From positions 1,357 through 65,356 of the forward strand of contig CAYZIN010000003.1 of NCBI GenBank assembly GCA_964478595.1: a DNA stretch of 64,000 nt. Direction: 5' to 3'. Shown piece after piece: positions 57,499-64,000 of this stretch. The stretch comes from an uncultured Candidatus Saccharibacteria bacterium (GTDB taxonomy: Bacteria; Patescibacteriota; Saccharimonadia; UBA4664; CAZJNH01). The position numbers and the translations under genes were made by a program. Within the stretch, counting starts at the first letter, position 1. Each line of letters begins with the position of its first letter. The notes under the pieces are model-generated. The model saw only the letters and a program-made list of their open reading frames with translations. It was not told the DNA's origin and made no database searches.

Positions 57499-59468
57499 AA
57501 AAACGGTTTGCCCCCAAGTTTAGTCTCGACCACGACCAAATGCCGGGTGGTGGCCGACTGAAACTCAAGCGCGGGGCGGCTCAGCGCGAGATCGGTGCCG
57601 ACGTGATCTCGGCCAAAGAGTCTGGCGGTGGCAAGATTGAGCAGCAATTTAAACGCCGATCAATTGTTGTCATGTCACTAGTCTCGGTGGTGTTGATGAG
57701 TATTTTGTCGGTGCGGTTGTTTGGCTTGCAAATCGCTGAGGGGGCCAGGAATTTGGATTTGGCGGAGGGGAACCGAATTCGGGAAAAAATCGAGCGGGCG
57801 CCGCGCGGCGCGATCTACGACCGGAACGGGGTGCTTTTAGTGCGTAACATTGCTGGTTTTGACGTATCGGTCACTCCTTCGCTACTGCCGAAAAAGGCCA
57901 ATGATCGGCAGGCCGCTTATATACGAGTTGGGCAGCTGCTTAGCATGAGCGCAGAAGACGTAAAGAAAAAAAGTGAGAATCTGAATCAAAACCCCTTAGT
58001 GCCTCAGCTGATCGCCAGCGGCATCGATCGCAACCAGGCGTTGCTTTTAGAACAGGATTTGCCGAAGTTGCCGGGTTTTCACCTAGACGTTAATCCGACA
58101 CGGCAGTATTTGGATAACGGGCTACTGAGCCATTTTCTCGGCTACATTGGCCGGATCGATCCCGCCGAGCTGAAGGCCGACAATACCTATTTGCCGACCG
58201 ACTACATTGGCAAACTGGGCATCGAGCAGCAGTACGAATCGATTTTGCGGGGCCGGAGCGGCAGTGAGCAGATTGAAGTTGATGCCGCCGGCAATCCGGT
58301 AAAAGTGTTGGCCTCGGTTCAGCCGCAAATTGGCCACGACATTCACCTGACCATCGATTTTGCACTAGAACAAAAGCTCGCAGGAGAGTTGCAGGCGCAA
58401 ATGAAGGGTGCCAACGCCACCCAAGCCGCGGCGGTGGCTATCAACCCCCAGGACGGCGAAGTCTTGGCCGCAGTTAGTTTGCCAACGTATGACGGCAATT
58501 TGTTTGCCAACGGCATTTCGAGCTCGGACTATCAAAAACTTGTCAACGACAAAGCTCAGCCCCTATTTAACAAAGCCATCGGCGGTGCATATCCTACCGG
58601 TTCGATTATCAAACCGATTGTAGCTTCCGCGGTTTTGCAAGAGCACGTAGTAACACCCGATACCACCGTTGACGACACCGGTTCGGGGCTTGAAATTCCC
58701 AACCGCTACGACCCCAGTATTAAATACGTCTTTCATAGTTATGACCCCGGCGGTCTGGGGATCGTCAATATCACCTCGGCGATCGAAAAATCCTCCAACA
58801 TTTTTTTCTACACGGTGGCCGGTGGATTTGGACCGATCAAAGGCATTGGCGCGACGAAGTTGGGCGAGTACATGCACAAATTCGGGCTAGGTGATCCTAC
58901 CGGTATCGATGTGCCGGGCGAAACGGCTGGCCGGGTGCCAACCCCAGACTGGAAAAAGCAGGCGACGGGAGAGACGTGGTATTTGGGTGACACCTATAAC
59001 TTAGGGGTGGGGCAGGGTGACTTTTTAGCCTCACCGCTACAAATGGCGGTGGCCGAAGCTGCTGTGGCTAACGGCGGCAAAGTATTTCAACCGAAGCTGC
59101 TAGAGCAGGTTTATAACGGCGGCAAAGTAGCTCAGAGTTTTCAGCCAAAGCTGGTGAGGCAGAATTTCATCGACCAAAGCAATTTGGATATCGTTCGTAA
59201 CGCGATGCATCTAGTGACGACCGGCGGGACCGCTCACTTCTTATTCGGCGATAATTTTCCAGTTGCCGTCGGCGCCAAAACCGGCACCGCCGAAACCGAT
59301 CCGAACGGCCACCGCCAACCCCACGCTTGGTTTACTGCTTTTGCACCCTATGACAACCCCCAAATCGAAATCGTGGCTCTAATTGAAAACGCCGGCCAAG
59401 GTTCGACGGTTGCCGGTCCAGCCGTCAAAAACACCCTCCAATGGTACTTCACCCAGCACCCGCACTAG
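57495..59468 (+). CDS. mrdA: Penicillin-binding protein 2
   Basis: PRGAIYDRNG, SIIK, SSN, KTGTA. Confidence 0.95.
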   Translation: MKKRFAPKFSLDHDQMPGGGRLKLKRGAAQREIGADVISAKESGGGKIEQQFKRRSIVVMSLVSVVLMSILSVRLFGLQIAEGARNLDLAEGNRIREKIERAPRGAIYDRNGVLLVRNIAGFDVSVTPSLLPKKANDRQAAYIRVGQLLSMSAEDVKKKSENLNQNPLVPQLIASGIDRNQALLLEQDLPKLPGFHLDVNPTRQYLDNGLLSHFLGYIGRIDPAELKADNTYLPTDYIGKLGIEQQYESILRGRSGSEQIEVDAAGNPVKVLASVQPQIGHDIHLTIDFALEQKLAGELQAQMKGANATQAAAVAINPQDGEVLAAVSLPTYDGNLFANGISSSDYQKLVNDKAQPLFNKAIGGAYPTGSIIKPIVASAVLQEHVVTPDTTVDDTGSGLEIPNRYDPSIKYVFHSYDPGGLGIVNITSAIEKSSNIFFYTVAGGFGPIKGIGATKLGEYMHKFGLGDPTGIDVPGETAGRVPTPDWKKQATGETWYLGDTYNLGVGQGDFLASPLQMAVAEAAVANGGKVFQPKLLEQVYNGGKVAQSFQPKLVRQNFIDQSNLDIVRNAMHLVTTGGTAHFLFGDNFPVAVGAKTGTAETDPNGHRQPHAWFTAFAPYDNPQIEIVALIENAGQGSTVAGPAVKNTLQWYFTQHPH

Positions 59469-59643
59469 GAGTAAACAAGCATAAGGTTTAATTATAATTT
59501 TGTTTGACAATAGTAACTATTGACATAAATTGCGGTCGGTCACACAATCAATTAGCAAAACTTAAAAAAGGCTATCTCAGGTTTCGGTGCCGCCGGGGCT
59601 TTTTTACTTCCAGGCACTGAAAGTAAGGAGGATTTGCAAGAAA

Positions 59644-60120
59644 ATGAACAACACTAACAGTAAAAAAGAATATTTCCTAACCAAGGATGGAATCGACAAG
59701 CTCAAAGAAGAGCTGGAAGATTTAACCGGTAATCAGCGGCAAAAAATTGCCGTCAAACTTCGCGAAGCCAAAGAGTACGGCGACCTGTCTGAAAACATTC
59801 AGTGGGATGACGCCAAGGATCAACAGGCATTCGTGGAGGGCAGGATTGCCGAAATCGAGCACATTTTAAAACACGCCCAAGTTATTGAATCACCACGCAA
59901 AAAAGACTCCGTCGATTTGGGTACCACCGTTCATGTCGAGCTAGAAGAAGGCAAGCAGGTTTATATGATCGTCGGTTCGACCGAAGCCAACCCGGAAGAA
60001 GGTAAGATTTCGAATGAATCTCCGATTGGCATGGCGCTGATGGGCAAAAAAGCCGGCGAACAAGTCGAAGTGGCCGTTCCGTCCGGCAGCATGACCTTTA
60101 AGATCCTCAAAATCGAGTAA
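59644..60120 (+). CDS. greA: Transcription elongation factor GreA
   Basis: GDLSEN, EGRI, KISNESPIG. Confidence 0.96.
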   Translation: MNNTNSKKEYFLTKDGIDKLKEELEDLTGNQRQKIAVKLREAKEYGDLSENIQWDDAKDQQAFVEGRIAEIEHILKHAQVIESPRKKDSVDLGTTVHVELEEGKQVYMIVGSTEANPEEGKISNESPIGMALMGKKAGEQVEVAVPSGSMTFKILKIE

Positions 60121-60156
60121 CTTTAATTCCAACAGGTAGCATTTGGGCTTTGTCTC

Positions 60157-60185
60157 TTGACAAAGTCCTTATGTTTTTGTATACT
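60157..60185 (+). promoter_or_regulatory. sigma70 promoter of the islet
   Basis: TTGACA-17-TATACT. Confidence 0.85.
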
Positions 60186-60229
60186 TGCGCGGTCTTTTGA
60201 CAGCCAAATACTTGTTGAAAGGAGCGGGC

Positions 60230-60478
60230 ATGGGACCTTTACGCATAATCGGCCTCGGCCTCGGAAGTACCGTCTTGTACTTTTTCCTGAAGTTCTGCAC
60301 GATCGGCACGCCAGTTGCGATCTTCTTCGCGGTCGGAGCGTTTGTCGTCGGTCTGATTCTCTACAATGAGAATCCCAGTTGGTCAGGACCTCGCCGGCTC
60401 GAAGAAGACGTCGAGCGCGAGAAGCGCCGCAGGCTGGAACACCCGGAGGACTTCTATCCTCCGTCGACACTCCCGTAG
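60230..60478 (+). CDS. 82-aa two-TM small protein
   Basis: SD AAAGGAG; two hydrophobic helices and a charged tail. Confidence 0.75.
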   Translation: MGPLRIIGLGLGSTVLYFFLKFCTIGTPVAIFFAVGAFVVGLILYNENPSWSGPRRLEEDVEREKRRRLEHPEDFYPPSTLP

Positions 60479-60497
60479 CCAACCGAAAGGAGCAAGC

Positions 60498-60722
60498 ATG
60501 TGCAATAGTTGCGGTGCCGAAGGGTACTCGAGTGGTCACTCGAACCACAGAGCCGGTTGTCCAAGTGACTGGGGCTTCGTAGGGACCGACAATGGTCGGC
60601 AAGTTCGAGCCTTCCACGAAGGCCAAGCCGACGCCCAAGCCGGTCGCCCGGAACTGCCGTCCGACTCGCTCTCGTCCACTTCGTACCGTCTGGGCTTCCG
60701 ACGCAGGAAGTCCGGCCACTAG
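60498..60722 (+). CDS. 74-aa protein with CxxC/H/C motif and Rmf-like pattern
   Basis: SD AAAGGAG; MCNSC..H..C; AFHEGQADAQAGRP..SYRLGF. Confidence 0.65.
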   Translation: MCNSCGAEGYSSGHSNHRAGCPSDWGFVGTDNGRQVRAFHEGQADAQAGRPELPSDSLSSTSYRLGFRRRKSGH

Positions 60723-60745
60723 CTCGACAGCAACAAGATTTAGGC

Positions 60746-60782
60746 GCAGCCCGTCACGAAAAGTGGCGGGCTGTTTGCTTTT
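60746..60782 (+). terminator. Intrinsic terminator
   Basis: GCAGCCCGTCAC-GAAAA-GTGGCGGGCTGT followed by a T-rich tail. Confidence 0.8.
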
Positions 60783-60796
60783 GATAGAATACCTTT

Positions 60797-62329
60797 ATGC
60801 CTGAATCGAAATATTGGCTAGATATTGTCGTCGCGGACATTCTCAAACAGCATCCGAAGGGGGAGGTGACTGTGGCGAGCGGTATTTCCCCATCGGCTTC
60901 CTACCACATAGGCCATTTTCGCGAGGCCTTAACGGCCGACGCGATTGCTCGCCAAATCCGAGACTCCGGTCGAAAAGCTAAGCACGTACATTTTTCCGAC
61001 AACTTCGATCCGTTGCGCCGCCGGTACGAGTTTTTGCCGAAGAAGTTCGAGCAGTTTGTCGGTCAACCGATCTGTCACATACCCGATCCCGATCCGAAGG
61101 GTTGCCACAGTAATTACGCCAAACATTTTTATGCCGAATTTGAGAAGTCCGCCAAGAAGATGGGGGTTGAGATGGAGGTGGTATTTAGCTTTGAAGACCA
61201 GTACAAAGCCGGCAAAATGACTCCCTATATCGAAAAAACGCTAGAGAATATTGATCAAATTAGGGAAATCTTCGAACGCGTTTCAGGGCGCAAGCTTCCG
61301 CCCGACTGGACCCCGATTCAAGTCATTAACCCCAAGACCCAGCAGTTTTTTAACGCTAGCCTGGCGACTTGGGTAAAGGGTGACCAGACCATCGAAGGAG
61401 TCGACTATACCGGGGGTGACGTCAAGCTCAACTGGCGCCTGGACTGGCCGGCTCGTTGGGCGCTATGGAGAGTCGACGTTGAACCGTTCGGCCGGGAGCT
61501 TGCAACCAAAGGTTCTAGCTACGACACCGGCAAGGAATTCGTGAAGTTATTTGGCGGCGAAGCGCCCTACCCCGTGCCCTACGACACTATCAATCTCAAG
61601 GGCGATACCAAGAAAATGAGCAGCTCCTTGGGTAATTTAATTACTCCCGACGAAGCACTGGAAATTATGTCGGCAGAGGTTTTGCGGTTTTTTGTGCTGC
61701 GCAGCAAGCCGGATCGGATTTTGTATTTTGACTCTGGTTTGGGCTTGTTTAACCTGATTGAAGAGTACTCGAAGATCGAGCTGGCTTTGGAGCAGGGGGA
61801 AGTTCATGAATTTGCTGAGGCTTACAGGTTGGCCGTAGCCGGTACCAAACAACGAACGATCGCTAGTGTGCCGTTTAGTCATTTAGTGGCGTCTTATCAG
61901 GCGGGCTTAACCCAGGAGAAGCTGGTGTTGGAGATTTTGGATCGTACCGGATATGAGAAGGCGGTTAAGGATGAGCGCGAGATTTTGAACCGAGAGCTGA
62001 AGTTTGTGAAGAATTGGTTGGCCAAATATGCTCCTGAAGAGGTGAAGTTCGAGGTTCAACCTAAGCTGCCTAAGGTCGAGCTATCTGGCGATCAGAAAGC
62101 ATATCTAAAGGATTTGGCCGATTCTCTCGAGAAGGAGCCGAAACTGAACGGGCAGGGGATACACGATCTGGTTTACGCTTGTGCTTTAAAAGCCGATTTG
62201 AAGCCAATCCAGGCCTTCCAGGCCACTTATTTGGTCCTGCTGGGCAAAGATAGCGGCCCTCGGGCTGGGTGGTTCCTGGAGACCCTAGACCGCAAATTCC
62301 TCCTAAAGCGCCTCCGTCTCGAAGGATAA
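60797..62329 (+). CDS. lysS: Lysine--tRNA ligase, class I
   Basis: SGISPS..HIGH, KLNWRLDWP.RW, KMSSSLGN, GPRAG. Confidence 0.95.
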   Translation: MPESKYWLDIVVADILKQHPKGEVTVASGISPSASYHIGHFREALTADAIARQIRDSGRKAKHVHFSDNFDPLRRRYEFLPKKFEQFVGQPICHIPDPDPKGCHSNYAKHFYAEFEKSAKKMGVEMEVVFSFEDQYKAGKMTPYIEKTLENIDQIREIFERVSGRKLPPDWTPIQVINPKTQQFFNASLATWVKGDQTIEGVDYTGGDVKLNWRLDWPARWALWRVDVEPFGRELATKGSSYDTGKEFVKLFGGEAPYPVPYDTINLKGDTKKMSSSLGNLITPDEALEIMSAEVLRFFVLRSKPDRILYFDSGLGLFNLIEEYSKIELALEQGEVHEFAEAYRLAVAGTKQRTIASVPFSHLVASYQAGLTQEKLVLEILDRTGYEKAVKDEREILNRELKFVKNWLAKYAPEEVKFEVQPKLPKVELSGDQKAYLKDLADSLEKEPKLNGQGIHDLVYACALKADLKPIQAFQATYLVLLGKDSGPRAGWFLETLDRKFLLKRLRLEG

Positions 62330-62346
62330 GGTATACTTAATCTGAA

Positions 62347-63564
62347 ATGATTGATCTGAAAAAATTTCGGGAAGATCCGCAGGAATACGAAAAATCGGCC
62401 GAGTTGCGGGGAGTGAAAGTTGATTTTGCCCGCATTCGTGAGCTCGATGAGCAGCGATTGAAATTGACTAAGGAAGTTGATGGTCTGCGTTCGGAATTGA
62501 ACGTGACTGGCCGCCCAGACGAAAAAGAACTTGAGAATCTGAAGAAATCCAAGCTTGAGCTGGCCGAAAAAGAAAAGGAGCAGACCAAAGTCTCGGAGGA
62601 ACTCGACGAATTACTGTCGCAAGTCCCGAACTTGATGGCCAAAGATACACCCGAAGGCGGGGAAGAGGCGAGTCGGGTGGTTAGGGAGCATGGCAAAGCC
62701 GAAAAATCCGGCGCCAAAGATCATGCCGATTTTTTGGAGGAACACGGTTGGTTGGATTTTGAACGCGGAGCTAGGGTAGCGGGGAGCAAGTTTTATTATT
62801 TGACTGGACCGCTAGTCAACCTCGAGCGAGCAATTTTACAGTTGGCGATGGATAGGGCGACCGAAGCCGGTTTTACACCAATAAGCGTGCCGCATTTGGT
62901 TAATTCGAAGGTGGCGGCCGGCACTGGGTTTTTGCCGAGAGGGGAAGAAAAGCAGGTTTATTCGGTTGAAGGCGAAGATTTGCACTTGATTGCCACCGCC
63001 GAAATTCCGCTGGCTGGATTTCATGCGGAGGAAATTATTCCCGAAGCCGAACTGCCCAAAAGTTATGTGGCACTTTCCCCGGCCTACAGGAGGGAAGCGG
63101 GCGCTTACGGCAAACATTCCAAGGGGCTTTATAGGGTGCACCAGTTTAATAAATTGGAGTTTTTCGTCTTTTGCGCGCCAAAAGACAGCCCCGCTTGGCT
63201 GGATAAATTAGTGAAATTAGAAGAAGACATCGCGGCCGCTTTGGGTATACCATACCGAGTGACGCGCACAGCGGCGGGCGACATGAGCGCGCCGGCTTAC
63301 GAAAAGTACGATTTAGAGTACTGGAGCCCTGTTGATGGGCAGTATCGTGAGCTGACTTCGGCGTCTAATTGCACCGATTTCCAGGCCCGCCGGCTAAATA
63401 TTCGAATGAAGGGGAGTGAAGGTAATGAACCTTTGCACACCTTAAATGCCACCGCTATTGCGACTAGCCGCGCCCTGATTGCGGTAATCGAAAATCATCA
63501 GAAAGAAGGTAAAATAGAGTTGCCTGACCAATTGGCCGATTATTTTGGAGCCAAAAATTTATGA
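62347..63564 (+). CDS. serS: Serine--tRNA ligase
   Basis: ATAEIPL, YRREAG, YRVHQF.K.E, SNCTDFQARRL, HTLNAT. Confidence 0.98.
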   Translation: MIDLKKFREDPQEYEKSAELRGVKVDFARIRELDEQRLKLTKEVDGLRSELNVTGRPDEKELENLKKSKLELAEKEKEQTKVSEELDELLSQVPNLMAKDTPEGGEEASRVVREHGKAEKSGAKDHADFLEEHGWLDFERGARVAGSKFYYLTGPLVNLERAILQLAMDRATEAGFTPISVPHLVNSKVAAGTGFLPRGEEKQVYSVEGEDLHLIATAEIPLAGFHAEEIIPEAELPKSYVALSPAYRREAGAYGKHSKGLYRVHQFNKLEFFVFCAPKDSPAWLDKLVKLEEDIAAALGIPYRVTRTAAGDMSAPAYEKYDLEYWSPVDGQYRELTSASNCTDFQARRLNIRMKGSEGNEPLHTLNATAIATSRALIAVIENHQKEGKIELPDQLADYFGAKNL

Positions 63565-63920
63565 TTAAGCTGCATATTTCCGGGAAAAATTATGAACTCG
63601 ACGAGGCGATTAAGCGCTACGTTAATAAAAAGCTAGGTGGTCTTGAGAAATATTTGCCGCGCCAGGCCAAGGAGTGCAGCGGCAGTGTGGTTTTAATTGA
63701 GGATCCGAGCGGCAGGGAAGATAACCGCTACGTTTGCGAATTTTCACTTAAACTGCCCGGGCATGTTATTACGGCTCAAGAGGCTACCGTGAGCATTTAT
63801 GCCGCTGTTGATATTGTGGAAGCTAAGGCCAAAATTCAGGTTTTGAAGTATAAAGACAAGCACCAGGGCGAAAAGCGTCGGTTTCGCCGCACAGCCCGCG
63901 CCTTATTTGGTCGAGAGTAG
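63561..63920 (+). CDS. hpf: Ribosome hibernation factor HPF/RaiA
   Basis: ISGKNYEL..AIKRYV.KKL, IYAAVD. Confidence 0.9.
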   Translation: MIKLHISGKNYELDEAIKRYVNKKLGGLEKYLPRQAKECSGSVVLIEDPSGREDNRYVCEFSLKLPGHVITAQEATVSIYAAVDIVEAKAKIQVLKYKDKHQGEKRRFRRTARALFGRE

Positions 63921-63930
63921 CCTACTACTC

Positions 63931-63959
63931 TTGACAAAAGGGTAATGCTTTGGTATACT
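63931..63959 (+). promoter_or_regulatory. Strong sigma70 promoter for a unit beyond the window
   Basis: TTGACA-17-TATACT followed by boxA-like CGTTCTTTGA. Confidence 0.8.
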
Positions 63960-64000
63960 TGTGCGCATCGTTCTTTGAGTTGCTAGCCTAAGTGGCTGCA

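Noticed and set aside
1-64000. CRISPR array, prophage, IS, integron or DGR
   Set aside because: No regularly spaced repeats and no cas, integrase, transposase, reverse transcriptase or phage structural genes were seen by eye

Overview
Compact bacterial chromosome segment (genetic code 11). Gene content and very short intergenic spaces suggest Patescibacteria/CPR, probably Saccharimonadia-like; this is inferred, not tested. The backbone is housekeeping: translation (rpsA, infB, rbfA, fmt, def, hisS, rpsU, map, ileS, rplU, prmC, prfA, rpmE, rpsB-tsf-frr, proS, class I lysS, serS, hpf), division and shape (ftsA, ftsZ, rodA, mreBCD, mrdA, LCP), secDF, priA, parB, nrdR-nrdJ and greA. Many backbone genes appear leaderless, with a -10 box 6-9 nt before the ATG. 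Interspersed are about eight small, mostly GC-richer islets, typically with a consensus sigma70 promoter, strong SD sites, ORFan proteins, structured RNA and a terminator. The best novelty candidates are: (1) a stand-alone ~360-nt transcription unit (about 39409-39778) that folds into a tRNA-like domain followed by a 24-aa ORF; (2) an islet (47462-48732) alternating switch-like structured RNAs with small proteins; (3) an operon with a 1208-aa repeat protein and a HopA1-like protein; (4) an Rpf-domain protein behind a leader terminator; (5) an apparent AUU start for nrdR. No CRISPR array, integrase, transposase, rRNA or canonical tRNA was seen. All RNA structures were paired by eye, and all family calls come from motif recognition without database searches.
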